Source: Botryllus schlosseri
Lineage: Eukaryota
Assembly (NCBI GenBank): GCA_051294905.1
Contig: CM119371.1
Coordinates: forward strand, 1,180,001 to 1,244,000
Length of the DNA: 64,000 nucleotides
Reading direction: 5' to 3'
Part shown: one piece after another, positions 12,802-27,124 of the stretch
How positions within the stretch are numbered: the first letter of the stretch is position 1
Layout: each line of letters starts with the position of its first letter
Position numbers and translations under genes: made by a program
Notes under the pieces: model-generated
Databases searched by the model: none
What the model was told of the DNA's origin: nothing
The model's input: the letters and a program-made list of their open reading frames with translations, nothing else

Positions 12802-14149
12802 TATCTTGATAATTATATTGGCTATCGGAAATAACACATAGAATAAAGCGTATCTTGAAACATACAGGAAATGAAATATATTGGTAAGGCTGTATTATGG
12901 TTATCACATATAGTATCTCGAAACGTTATACAGCAAATGACAACTCGAGAGTACAAGTTATGTGATATAATATGTGCAATGTGCATGGTGAAATACATAT
13001 ATATGGTTGTGTGACGCAACGTAAATATTCATTAATTTATTGAATTCGGATATTCATTCAACATTTCACTTTGGTACGATTGCCTCAATAAAAGTTACAA
13101 GTGGTGGAGACAGAAACGAAGAGACTTGGCCGTGTGCGTGTGTACGAGACAGAATCTGTGGTTCGTAATTCAACAAGCCGTTCCACTGCCGTCGAAAGTA
13201 AAGATATACGCAGTGAATCCTACAGTAACTTTCTGTAATCAGATTATACAAGTTCAACACCATCAAGGCCTCGCCCTGCGTTATAAGTGCCACATCATCT
13301 CACTCGTGCGAAGTTCCAGCAAATGGTATTTTCTTGAATTAGGACAGTGTCAGCAAACTTACTCCCGTTGCCGCTGCATCAGTATGATGACCACCTCCAA
13401 AGAACCAAAGATCAAGTGTCGCTTAGTGCTACTTAAAACAAATATATTGTTTCTTCCAAAGCTAATCCTGGTATAAAGTTTCTTTTCTGTGTTTGTATTT
13501 TTCAGTACTCATGATTAGGAATAGTTCGAAAACCTTCCGAGTTATTTTTTAATCAAATGGTATTCTATGTATCATGACGTCACAACATGGCGGTAGGAAG
13601 ACGGAAAACTATAATCTTCGACCGCTAGACTTAGAATATTGATATATTTCATATAGTTAATACTTTACAGGTGTCCAGATGCAGCCTTTCTAGTTTCTTT
13701 CGTGTTCAATTGTTCAAGTATAAAAATGGCTATAAAGCTGTTCAAATAAATGCTCTGAAGCTTTGAAAATGTGCTCATTAAAGTATATTGAACTTCTTCT
13801 GAATATCACGTGAATGTATTCGGGTTATCGGTCAAGGTGTGAGATATCGGTTTTATCGGTATCGACCCAAAATCCAATATCGGTTGGGCTCTGGAATATA
13901 GGCCTACCAAATATTATTAGCTGGTATCTTTGAGCTCGAATGTCCTGCAGCGATAAAGTGCCTTAAAATCGCATTGGAAGTTGAAAAAGTCCGTTGTAGA
14001 TGTCCCTGGCACTAACATAATTACAGAAAGGGAAGTCAAATTGATAGACGAACTTTACCAGAAGTGCAAAAGGACAAATATTTGAACATTATATTTTTAG
14101 CAAAGAATGACCTTTGAACTGTAATTTTTTTCTATTGACATTAATGAAG

Positions 14150-14595
14150 CCGGTTGCCCAAATCTCACTCGCTTGGTGACTAAATTATCAGGTTGTCCAA
14201 GAAAACGATCCACACCAAATTTGACTCAATTCCAACCAGTAAAGGGTGTGCAATCTTGAATTGAAATTTTTAATTTATTAGGAAAAATAAAAAAATCTGG
14301 GATTATCAACGAGAAACTCAAATAGCTCCACTTCTATTAGTTGGAATTGAGTCAAAGTTGTTTTGCATGGCATTTGAAGACAGCCCAACATTTTCATGGG
14401 GTTATCAGAAAAATTTGAAAAATTTTCATTTTTTCATTTTTCTCAATAAATTAAAAATTTCAATTCAAGATTGCACAGCCTTTACTGGTTGGAATTGAGT
14501 CAAATTTGGTGTGCATGGTTTTCTTAGACAACCTGATAATTTAGTCACTAAGCGATTCAGATTTGGAAAAACAAGTTTTTTTTTTAACAACCCTA
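14150..14595. mobile_element. Palindromic MITE (aattccaaccagta family)
   Basis: Long inverted arms (gtgactaaattatcaggttgtc...caccaaatttgactcaattccaaccagtaaagg versus its reverse complement); related to 1179-2336 and 50124-50737. Confidence 0.7.
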
Positions 14596-15770
14596 ATGTA
14601 CAATGTACACACTGTAGTCAGCAGTATCAATTTATCTCAACGTAAGGCTACATATACAGTTTATTCTCGCGTGCTTGAGCTTGACATTGTAGTAATATTT
14701 GATTATTTCCGTTTATCTTTTCTAAGGCTTCAGTCTGCATCCTTGTTTCATCAATCAGTGTGTTGTATACTGGCGAGTAATAAACACATGTACTCTACAG
14801 TCTGTCGCTAAGCAGCTATTACTATAGACATGTGTGCATTAAATCCGAGAAATTAAAAAAGGTCGCTTTCCGTTTTTCCCAAAAATTAGTTAACCAGGCC
14901 CCCCAAATGCTTTCTTACGGACCCCCAGGGATTCACTGGTCTACACCTTTTGTAAAGACCAACCATCACTACGATAACTGGCCTCAAGTTTGATCTATTA
15001 CTGTCGTGCAGCTAGGGTTGCATTTAAAACAAAAATCAATTTAAAACAAACATGTTTCAAACAAGGCGATTGTTTCAAACATGTTTTTTTTCTTTTTTCT
15101 AAAGTCATGACGTCACGAATATTCAACTGTGACATCATAAGAGATTGACATTGACAATTGAAAATATAGGGTAAATATAGCTCCTTTGACGAAATATCTA
15201 CGTACTATAGCAATTGAACCAACTATTTTGAGGGATCCAACCATACCATACCATATGGTATACGTCGTAGGCACATACAACATGTTTTTTGTAAATTATT
15301 TACACAATTATGCCATATTCATGCAACTAAAAAAAAACATTTTTTAAAGGCATTTGTTTAAAACACTGCTTGAAACATGTTTCGAAAAAAGTGTTTCAAA
15401 CAACCATTTGTTTCAAATACAAACATACGTGTAGCTATTTGTGATGCTTATATTCAAATCCAGATACAGATTGCCGAGCTTCGACTGGGTCACATATCGA
15501 CCTTTATTTTTTGTCATTTCCGACTCTGAGGCTTGAGATGACATCATTGACGTAAGTCTCAGCTCACAAGGCAAGGGAATGTGAACCGTGACAGTTCTAT
15601 CGTGCGTTGCATGCAAAAATAGGTTAACTGTATGCAGGACAAGTTATATATGATGAAGGCGAGGAAAGTTATATATGATTAAGGTAGAGGAAAGTTAGCT
15701 TATCACTTCACAACCCAAATAAGTCAGGTTTACATTCATTCTGATACAGTCTAGCCACGTTGCTGAATAC

Positions 15771-15995
15771 CTGGATTTACTGCATTGTCTTGTTTTTCAC
15801 AATCTTTACCATGACTCTGCTCCGCGGAATCAGCAGCTTCTGCAGGTAGCTGATTGTTCCCCGCTACAATGCTAGTAAGACCTTGATTTTCGTTGATGAT
15901 TTTCCCCTTATTGAGTGTTCCAATAGCAGCTCCTTGAATTACATCTCCAAAAACGTTGATTACTGTCTTTACATTTTGTTCGCTCCCAGCCTTGC
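15771..15995 (-). CDS. NLR gene exon 2 (RHIM-like motif and low-complexity linker)
   Basis: Acceptor ttttgcatAG, donor GTATTC, phase 1-1, 225 nt open; GKAGSEQNVKTVINVFGDVIQGAAIGTLNKGKII...NPG; joins the NACHT exon in frame. Confidence 0.7.
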
Positions 15996-17859
15996 CTATG
16001 CAAAATATCATATTATATTAGCATCATCACTATATTGCTATATTGACTTGGGCAAAAATCGAATTTCATATTCGAGAACTCTCTCATCAACAGTCATAAC
16101 CTCCCATGCCATCAAACTATCCGTCGGGATAGCCATCATTCTAGTTGCCTTTTGCAATATGACAATAAAGGAGGCACAGAATTTTTCACTGTCGTAAAGG
16201 AGGGCGTGTCTAAAAAAGGATGAAAACCACTGCTTAACAGAATTGTCTTTAAACGATTGCAGATAGCAGCAAAAGTCTGCGAGGCCCGAGACGCGATTAT
16301 TCAGGCCATCGACGATATCTTGCGCATGACATGTTACAGATGCGATTGCTCAGGCCAACGATTATATCGTGCGCACCAGGCCTGTTGGAGGTGCCAATGT
16401 TTAGGCCAGCGATTATATCTTGTGCACATGGCCGGTTGTTGACGCAATTAATTAGTGAGCATTGAGCGCGGGTGCAGCTATCAACGACCTAATTTTTCTT
16501 GTGTACTAATGACAAACCAACTCAGCACGAGATGGCGTACTGTAGAGCAGCGCAGACGAATCTTGCTAATTGGCAACACACTTGTTGCTAATTGGCAGCT
16601 CGTAACACTGATAATAGGCGGGATGGCCGAATGTGAATCGAAATTAACAACAAACATGAAGAAAGATGCGATTTGAAGTTTTATTTGGAGGGAGATTTTT
16701 TTCAAGAATTGTTGTACCCAACATTAAAATACATTTACTGGTACCTTTGATTTAATTTTATTAGGTCTATAACAAAATAGGGGCTATGGTTCTGTCTGTA
16801 AGGATCATGAGAACTTCTCAATATCTTTTTTAACAGCATAAGGTTCGCCTGTGCAACTAGAAAATATATATATTAGAGATATACAGTGGTTCTCAAACTG
16901 TGTGTCTCCACAGAATCTCAGGTGCCCGCGAGTCTTTTTGGGATTTCCAAAAAATCACTGTATGTGTATAATATTGAAGATTGGGCATGCAGACAAGCAG
17001 ATGTGACTTGAAGGCGGTCAAACTTTTACAGCATACTGATCGATAAACAACAGAGGACGAAGTGCATTGTCCATGAAACAAATCCTGGCATTGCCGATGA
17101 ATAGGGTAATGTCCAAATCATAAATTGGGCAACTATGCCTAGATAAAACTTGATTTTGATTCGCTTCAAATGAACTCATAAATACGGAATCGTCCCGCAA
17201 ATCATTGCACAGTAGCTAGAATTCAATTTAGACATCAACAATACTTTCCAGGAATCGCTGTAAACATATATAGGCGAGTAATCAATTCATTTGGAAGCAA
17301 TTGTTTTACAAAAGAAGAACAGCTCATTGATTTACTGATTGCTGCTATTTTTTAAACTATGATTTCACGAAAAATTTGGGATATCCATTTCAAATCCTAT
17401 TCCATGAAAAGTGCAAACAAAATTTATTGTCATCTGCACCTTAAAAGGTTTATTTGTATAGCCTATATGTTTCTTCATGTTGACTGAAATAAAAAGCCGT
17501 AACCGAGATACGGTACACTGCTTGCAATACAACAATATGCAGGCATGTTATTCAACAATTAAACATCGTTTCAGTGCAATATATATCTGTATAAACAAGC
17601 ATAGCCAACGCATACACGTGAATCGATTTTTAAGCAACCGCAAATGTGTTGCAATATGCCTAAAAACTTTGATAAGCACTGTATATATATTAGGGCTGTT
17701 TATTCTGTAGATTATCTGCAAAGTAAGCCATGGATACGCAGTATTCCAAACATTTTTCAAATTTTGAACAACCCTAATATATACCCTAGGCTATAACCAT
17801 TTAATATTGATAATATTGATCACATGAATAGGAACTCAAATAATTAAAGATATCCTTAC

Positions 17860-17932
17860 CGGTAGCTCCAGCTGACAACGATGAAGGCACCTCAGTGATA
17901 CCAGAATCTTCACATCGACGCCTTTTCGCCAT
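17860..17932 (-). CDS. NLR gene putative first coding exon (MAKRRRCEDSG...GATG)
   Basis: atcATGG start context, donor GTAAGG, phase 1 compatible with exon 2. Confidence 0.6.
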
Positions 17933-20900
17933 GATAACAATCACGTGATATCAAATAGTTAGACTACCGCATCATGCAATACTGATAATGCAACAAAAGC
18001 AATAATGTTACATCATGAACTCTATAGGCACGACATGTCAAGACTCAAAAAATTTGATTGGACTGTTCAAGTTAGCAACTGCGAACGGTCACAAATTTAC
18101 AAGTCCCATTATCCATGTGAAATTCGATTACCGTTCAGTAACAAATCACATCAACTGTGATAGAAGCAAAAAATTATTTATATGTTCATGTCATTTCCCA
18201 GGACTCCAACTCCAACCTAGCGATCCGTGACAGTCAACAACTAAGCTTCTAGTTCAGGATTAATATTCCAGTAAATTTTCATAATCCCTGGCATATCAGT
18301 TCCATAAAATAATCTACAAGAATTTCAAAACCTATTATTCTCAAACCAACTACACTATCAGAGAACAGGTTTAGATGTGAAGCTGTTTTAATTCGAGCGC
18401 GTATGATCCAGGACTGGCAACCTGTCATTCCTTTTATGAGTCTAAATACCACTCATGAATGTCAAGCAATACCGTCGAAATACATGCCGGGATAATTCAA
18501 CCACTCTGAAGTGTAACTGCCTTACCAGTCTGTCTGACATTGATCAATTTATTGAAATTCAGGAGGTTCTCGTTCAAACGAATCAGACCAAATCAGATTA
18601 TTTATACCACTAAGAATCTGGTGTTCAATGAGTATTTGACAACGTGGTTCAACACCTTTCACTGCACAATGCGCCACTTGATTAACGAATTACACTATGC
18701 ATCATGAGTGACAATAACACAAGTGTGAAAACGATTACAAAGGTGACAGTAAGCATCCAATCGGATCAGTAAATGTTCCTTACATGCAACACAACATCAG
18801 GGTTCTCTCAGTTAACATTGAGTAGTTCACATCGCGGTTATTGTTTGCTGATTAAAACGGTGTTTTGGACATTGCTGCATTTCTTGATTACCGTGATTTT
18901 CCATGTATAATGCGCAAAATTTTACCGATTATTTGCCCTATAATAGGGGTGCGTGTATTATACATGGGTACAACGAGCCTTGAAAAAATCTCCCTCGCTA
19001 AAAAACTTGAAATCACACTTTTCTACTTGTTTCTACTCGCACATCACATTCAGCCATAGTGCCCCGCAATCATTACTATCAGTGTAACGTCACAACGTGC
19101 TGCCAATTAGTGAGAAGCGTGTTGTCAATTAACGAGAGTCTTTTGCACAGCACGCGATCTTCTGCTGAGTTAGTTTGCCATTTATACGCAAGCGAAATTA
19201 GGTCATTGATTGCTGCACTTGCGCGCGACAATCCACGCTAATTCATCGCGTCAACGACAGGCCTGAACAATCGCATATACAGCAGGCCATGTGCGCATGA
19301 TATAATCGCCTGCCTAATTAGTCGCATCTCCAGCAGGCCTGGTGCGCACAACATAACCGTTGGCCTCGCAGGCTTTGGCTGCTATCTACTATCGTTAAGA
19401 GACAATGCCGCTAATTGTATTATGATTAGCAATTGTTATGTCATGATTATTCAACAGTGAAATCGCAAAACAGAATGACATCGAATACTAAAACACAACA
19501 ATTCATGAACTGAAATGCAGGGTGCGTACTGTAGGGCTACATGGGCACAGGCTTTTCCCAGAATTTGCATGCCATTATAAGGGTGAATATTATACATGGG
19601 GTTGTACTATACTTGAAAAACTACTGTACCGTAACTGTTACAACACCTTGTTGAAAAAACGTTACTATTCAAATTTGCTGTTATATATAGTAACACCATT
19701 AAATTCTGCACTCCAATTAAAAATGGGATGGAATAAAATGGAACTTGTATGGGCGATACAATTCATTTCAGAGAGTGTATTAGCTCATCTAATCGGCAGA
19801 ACACAGAGAGCACGGTATTTCTAAGCGCAACATGGCTATTTTAAAAAAGGAGCTTTACCTGAACTCTCGTCGTTTCGTGTGATTACTAAGTAGGGATCTA
19901 AATAGTCACACACAAACTAAAGAGTCTTTCGTCAGACCGGGAAAAGCTAAATAACTAGAGATCGCACATTTTGAATCACACAATCGGCCAGCGAAGATAA
20001 AATTGTAGGTATACACACAATAATTGCATATTTGCAAGGTGTGCGTGGCAACTCTTGCATATACACATGTAGCCTTTGGCACCTGTGGGTCTTGGCCCAT
20101 TCTTCAAGAATCCCTGATCTAGCGGTACCTGTAGGTTAATAACACAACGACATGAAGCTGTGCGGTTAACAAGTTCAATGTTTGTCCCTGAGACACTGTG
20201 CTATCCTTTAATTTGTCGATATTTATATAGACCTGGTAAAATTTAAAGCTGAGCGATTGTCCCTACCAAACAATCGATCATGTAGGGTATGTACAATAGG
20301 ACTGGTCAATAATTACTTTTTTTCTAATTTCACAGGCTAGGCCTATACTTGATGAAATTTTTAGCTTAGCTAAAAATCGCTGCACACCAAATTTGGTACA
20401 ATTGCAACCTGTAGCCGCATTGCTATAGAGAAGAACGTTTTGGATTTATTATATGAAAAATAAAATAAAAAACTAATTTTTCTGTCAACAACATGAAATT
20501 GTTAGGTTGCCGAAAGGAACGCTCCACACGGAGTTTGGCTCTGATTCCAACCAGTGGAACCAAGTTGTGATATACCAATTTGGATTTGACAAAATAATAC
20601 TAATAGACTAATTCTAGGTCACCGTGAATATACTATTTTTTTTAATCAATAATTTTTCCCTGCCTGGTGCAGACACCATCCCTGTGATCGCAATTGTAAT
20701 CACCAGTTGATCAGTGGCTTTATTTAGTGAGCCTATACATTGGGGTGGTTTAAAAATAACTTATTTTGTTTGATGAAATTGTCAGGTTGACTAAATAAAT
20801 TCTGCAATCTGAATTCCGCTCAATTTCAACCTACAGAAATATTGCCATTAGACGAGAAAGTTTTCGATCTGTATTAAACAAAATCAAAAACATTTAAAAT

Positions 20901-22374
20901 TTTACTAGGCTAGCCTACTTTATGAAATTGTTAGGTTGTTGTAAAAACAAATCAGAGCAAAAGTTGGAAAAAAATCGACACAAAAACAACAAATCCAATT
21001 TATTTCTGGTACTCAGCCTATGAATACTTTCCGGTTCCCTCAATTTTGGCAATAAGGCATAGTCGTTTGTGACATTGTTGACACAAAATGTCACTATAAA
21101 TTTAATAGCGTACATCAGTCAAGTTGCTCGAAACTGATCCAACTATTAGGATATGTCTGTGGAAGTCGAACATGCACCAGAAAAATTACGACATACCGGT
21201 GGGTATCCTCATATGTAGCAAGGCCAAGACGTTACAAAGAATGTCAAACATTCAAATATTATCAATGTGATAGCCATTAATACATTTTTAATACAAAATC
21301 CTACAAGTGTCGAGTTTACTGGTTATCATGTTTGCAATAACAGTCAAGAAGGCATATAGGGGTGGTCAAACAATTTGTTGGAAAGCACTGTCTCCTCTAA
21401 TTTTTCACGAGTGTGCGAGCACTCATCAACTCACTGCACGGTCCCTTGGACAACAGTGCGTAACAGCTAAAAAAATGTCGTCACTTTGGATTTTATTCGC
21501 GCAGCGTATAGATTTTTCTGTGTGCAGATACCGTGTCAGCACTGCACAATTGCCGCATGTGCGGTTGTGCGCAGCTTAGAGGGAACATTGTTGGAAAGCA
21601 TTTTTAAACCAGCAATTCATCATGTTTCATGGCAACTGTAAATAAATTCAATGCCTTGTCTACAGAAAGTACTGTTGAAAGTCAGCAACTATAACCAAAT
21701 TACGATAAGAGCAATTTCGAGCTTCCGTGGAAGACCAATTCAATTTTCGTGTAGAAAAACGACAAATCCTACTAAAAAAGAGGACACATCGTAGTACTAT
21801 TTAAAACAGAAATATCATGTAGTCTTTACCGTCTGCTGTGTAACCTCGACAACAAACTAAACTTCATACCAGTAAATTCTGTCTATGCTATTACTCCTAT
21901 ACCACTACCCTTGCGTCAGGAAGTCAGTCAGTCAGACTGTAGCGTCAGCGTGGGGAACGGGGATCAGCTCGTCGACTAAAGTATCATTCAGATCTTTACC
22001 TTAAGAGTCATTGAGAAATCTATGTACCTTTACTATCTCCTCTGCATGGTACCGCTATAGCTGGTGAAGTTGTAAGTACTTAAAACCAATTTTTATAATT
22101 CGCACGCAGGACCACAGCTGATTAGTACTGCTGTCATCTGGGCCGAATACTTGTATGAAATTTCCAAAGCGGAAAAAAGATATGACCTACCATTACCATT
22201 TTTAACGAACTACCTCCGGGAGGATGAGTTAATACCTTTTCTGGATTCAATAGTGGTATAAATTACATACGAATATGAGATAACTTATTTCCAGATGCAT
22301 AAGTACCGATAAATGTCCACCAAAATTTCTGTGATGTGATCGCATTCGCAACAATACACCATTGCTTCGATCAA

Positions 22375-25300
22375 TTCGACCCTGTCAATATATCTTATCA
22401 GTAGGGTAACTTATACTTTGTTCCGGAAGATAAGTTATACCTTTTCTGAATCTAATAGTCATCCATCTTACACCCACACTAGAGACAACTCATTTCAAGG
22501 TACACAAGTTACTCTAAAATCCACCTAAATATGTCGTATAATCGCTACAAAGGTCAATTAACATTCGTTTCACACAACTCGACCATGCCAATATATATTA
22601 TCGGTAGGGTAACTTATACTTTGTTCCGGAAGATAAGTTATACCTTTTCTGAATCTAATAGTCATCTATTTTACACCCAGACTAGAGACAACTAATTTCG
22701 AGATACACATAAGTTACTCTAAAATCCACCCAAATATGTCGTAATATCGCTACAAAGGCCATTTAACATTCATTTTACGCAATTGGTCCATGCCAATATA
22801 TGTTATCAGTAGGGTAACTTAAACTTTGTTCCGGGAGATTAATTACACCTTTTCTGAATTTAATAGTTATCTATGTTACACCCAGACTAGAGACAACTCA
22901 TTTTGAGGTACACAAGTTACTCGAAAATCCACCTAAATATGTCGTATTATCGATACAAAGGCCAATTAACATTCGTTTCACGCAACTCGACCATGCCAAT
23001 ATATGTTATCATTAAGGTGACATAAACATTGTTCCGGGAGATGAATTATGCCTTTTCTGAATCTAATAGTCATCTATGTTACACCCAGACTAGAGACAAC
23101 TCATTTCCAGGTACACAAGTTACTCTAAAATCCACCTAAATATGTCGTATTATCGCTACAAAGGTCAATTAACATTCGTTTCACACAACTCGACCATGCC
23201 AATATATATTATCGGTAGGGTAACTTATACTTTGTTCCGGAAGATAAGTTATACCTTTTCTGAATCTAATAGTCATCTATTTTACACCCAGACTAGAGAC
23301 AACTCATTTCGAGATACACAAGTTACTCTAAAATCCACCCAAATATGTCGTAATATCGCTACAAAGGCCAATTAACATTCATTTTACGCAATTTGTCCAT
23401 GCCAATATATGTTATCAGTAGGGTAACTTAAACTTTGTTCCGGGAGATTAATTACACCTTTTCTGAATTTAATAGTCATCTATGTTACACCCAGACTAGA
23501 GACAACTCATTTTGAGGTACACAAGTTACTCTAAAATCCACCTAAATATGTCGTATTATCGATACAAAGGCCAATTAACATTCGTTTCACGCAACTCGAC
23601 CATGCCAATATATGTTATCGGTAGGGTGACTTAAACTTTGTTCCGGGAGATGAATTATGCCTTTTCTGAATTTAATAGTTATCTATGTTACACCCAGACT
23701 AGAGACAACTCATTTTGAGGTACACAAGTTACTCTAAAATCCACCTAAATATGTCGTATTATCGCTACAAAGGTCAATTAACATTCGTTTCACACAACTC
23801 GACCATGCCAATATATATTATCGGTAGGGTAACTTATACTTTGTTCCGGAAGATAAGTTATACCTTTTCTGAATCTAATAGTCATCTATTTTACACCCAG
23901 ACTAGAGACAACTCATTTCGAGATACACAAGTTACTCTAAAATCCACCCAAATGTGTCGTAATATCGCTACAAAGGCCTATTAACATTCATTTTACGCAA
24001 TTTGTCCATGCCAATATATGTTATCAGTAGGGTAACTTAAACTTTGTTCCGGGAGATTAATTACACCTTTTCTGAATTTAATAGTCATCTATGTTACACC
24101 CAGACTAGAGACAACTCATTTTGAGGTACACAAGTTACTCTAAAATCCACCTAAATATGTCGTATTATCGATACAAAGGCCAATTAACATTCGTTTCACG
24201 CAACTCGACCATGCCAATATATGTTATCGGTAGGGTGACTTAAACTTTGTTCCGGGAGATGAATTATGCCTTTTCTGAATCTAATAGTCATCTATGTTAC
24301 ACCCAGACTAGAGACAACTCATTTCGAGGTACACAAGTTACTCTAAAATCCACCTAAATATGTCGTATAATCGCTACAGACGCCAATTCACATTCGTTTC
24401 ACGCAATTTGTCCATGCCAATACATGTTATCGGTAGGGTAACTAAAACTTTGTTCCGGGAGATGAATTATACCTTTTCTGAATCTAATAGTCATCTATTT
24501 TACACCCAGACTATAGACAACTCATTTCGAGGTACACAAGTTACTCTAAAATCCACCTAAATATGTCGTATTATCGCTACAGACGCCAATTCACATTCGT
24601 TTCACGCAACTTGACCATGCCAATATATGTTATCGGTAGGGTAACTTAAACTTTGTTCCGGGAGATTAATTATACCTTTTCTGAATCTGATAGTCATCTA
24701 TTTTACACCCAAACTAGATCGAACTTATATCAAGGTACACAGGTAACCATAAAATCCAACTGAATACGTCGGATCTGATCGCATTTTGCGACAACGCACA
24801 ATCGCTTCACACGATTTGACGATATCAATATATCTCATCGGTAGGGTGACTTATACGTTGTTCCGGAAGATGAGTTATACCTTTTCTGAATCTCAAAGTC
24901 GTCTACTTTACACCCAAACTGGACAGAACGTGTTTTAAGGTACACAAGTCACCCTAAAATCCAACTGAATACGTCGGATCTGATCGCTACAAAGGGCAAT
25001 GCACAATCGCTTCACGCAATTTTACTATGTGAATATATCCTATCGGTAGGGTGACTTATACTTTATTCCGAAAGATAAGTTATACCTATTCTAAATCTAG
25101 TACCCATATATTTTACGCCCGAACTGCGGACAAGTCATTTCGAGGTACACAACCCTTTGCTGCAAAATTCAACTAAATAAGTGTGATATGATCGCATTTC
25201 GCGACACACAAACCACAATTGCTTCGCTCATTTGACCATGTCAATATATCTTATCGGTAGGGTAACTTATGCCTTGTTCCGGAAGATAAGTTATACCTTT

Positions 25301-26130
25301 ACTGAATCTAATAGTCGTCTATTTTACACCCAGACTAGAGACAAGGTATTTCGAGGTACACAAGTAACCCTAAAACCCACCTAAATATGTCGGATCTGAT
25401 CGCCTTAGAGGGCAATTCACAGCGTTTCATGCAATTTGACCATATCTACATATCTTATCGGTAGGGTAAATTTAACTTTGTTCCGGAATATGATTTATAC
25501 CTTTTCTGAATCTCATAGTCGTCTACTTTACACCCAAACTGGAGGCAACTTATTTTAAGGTACACAAGTAACCCTAAAACCAACCTAAATATGTCGGATC
25601 TGATCGCCCCAGAGGGCCATTCACAGCGTTTCATGCAATTTGACCATATCTACATATCTTATCGGTAGGGTAAGTTTAACTTTGTTCCGGAATATGATTT
25701 ATACCTTTTCTGAATCTAATAGTCATCTATGTTACAACCAGACTGGAGATAACTTATATCGAGGTACACAAATAACTGTAAAATCCACCTAAATACGTCG
25801 GGTCTGATCGCTACAAAGGGCAATTCAGAATCGCTTAACGCAATTTGACCATGTCAATATATCCTATCGGTAGGGTAACTTATACTTTGTTCCGGAAGAT
25901 GAGTTATACCTTTTGTGAATCTCATAGTCGTCTACTTTACACCCAAACGGGAGAGAACTTATTTTGAGGTACACAAGTAACCCTAAAAGCTACCTAAATA
26001 TGTCGGATCTGATCGCCACAGAGGGCAATTCACAGCGTTTCATGCAATTTGACCATATCAACATATCTTATCGGTAGGAAAAGTTTAACTTTGTTCCGGA
26101 AGATGAGTTATACCTTTTCTGATTGCAATC
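22375..26130 (+). repeat. 203-bp tandem array, left arm (~18 units)
   Basis: ttccgg anchor at 22421 and 22624 (period 203); same-type variants recur every 609 bp (23142, 23751, 24360). Confidence 0.95.
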
Positions 26131-26235
26131 GTCATATACTTTCAATAAAAACAATAGTTATGAGTGATGACCGATGTTCAGGTGTGAAAACAATAATTTT
26201 TATTATCAACGAAAATGAAAGAATGATTGATTTTT

Positions 26236-27072
26236 TTACAATAAAGCTGCGTAGAACAATATTTGCCCATTTGCTCTGATGAAATCGAAGGCTTCTTTGA
26301 CGTCCACGAAATGTACCTGATAGTCGTTGAAACATATAGCCCCCCCCCCCCCCCCAAGGCAATTGAACGAGTACGAAATCCAGTGACCACCAGCATCATT
26401 GCAACGTTTATGAGTTATTGCGGATTTCAAAGTATATGTACGCCGTACGGGTACTACCAGCTTGAAGCAATACTTTGATCTTTTCGTCAATTTGAATTGG
26501 CGTAGCGGCTGTTGAGGTGCCAGTTGATTGTCTTGCCAACGAAATGATTAGAACATTAGAGATCGACGTCAAACTAATTCTGGCCAAGTTATTGGCGGAG
26601 TTGCAAACGCTGCAATGTCTGAAATCGATTTCGTTTTTGAAATGGTCCAAAAAAGTTTTTATGCTTGTGCAAGAACTGGGTACTGGGAGCATCATAGATC
26701 TATTCTTCGATTATTCTGCTTATTAATTGAATTACCACAGCTGCAGCATTGAGATTCACGTTCGACGCTCACGAATGGTACGCAGTTGAAACATTCCAAG
26801 GCAGTTGATACGTAAGGAGATGATAGAAACTCTTCAGAATCCAACTGATCGCCATACACGAAATCGCAGAAATCGCATGCTTCTTTAACCGATAAGTCAT
26901 AAAAATCATCAGCAATCTCCTGTCTTGTCATTACCAGCTTCAATAATTCGGCATATTTATTGCCTGGTTTGAACGACATCAACGAATTCGTCTCCTTCAA
27001 AATATGACATAGTGACTGTGTCACAGCATTAAACCAGCATGTATTTCGGGTGTTTTTCAATGCCGGATATGC
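26236..27072 (-). pseudogene. Ubiquitin-specific protease (peptidase C19/USP) domain with two frameshifts
   Basis: Cys box ALKNTRNTCWFNAVTQSL; QLDSEEFL; zinc pairs CCSCG and CSVC; 'NVLIISLAR'; His box YTLKSAITHK..DAGGHWISY; CFNDYQV; GQILFY, spread over three overlapping ORFs. Confidence 0.88.
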
Positions 27073-27124
27073 TTTAGTGAGGACTCCATGCTTTATCAGC
27101 CTTTACCAAACATTTCATTTCGAA

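Noticed and set aside
13363..13431. Extra NLR exon (ttttaAG ... GTAAGT, minus strand)
   Set aside because: In the required phase 1 it contains a TGA. It could be a poison exon, but there is no support for that.
15413..15616. 67-aa minus-strand ORF as an additional NLR exon
   Set aside because: No convincing phase-compatible donor/acceptor pair or domain signal.
26340..26355. Poly-C tract as a functional poly-Gly or G-quadruplex
   Set aside because: A homopolymer within a decayed USP relic; its length is unreliable and there is no further support.
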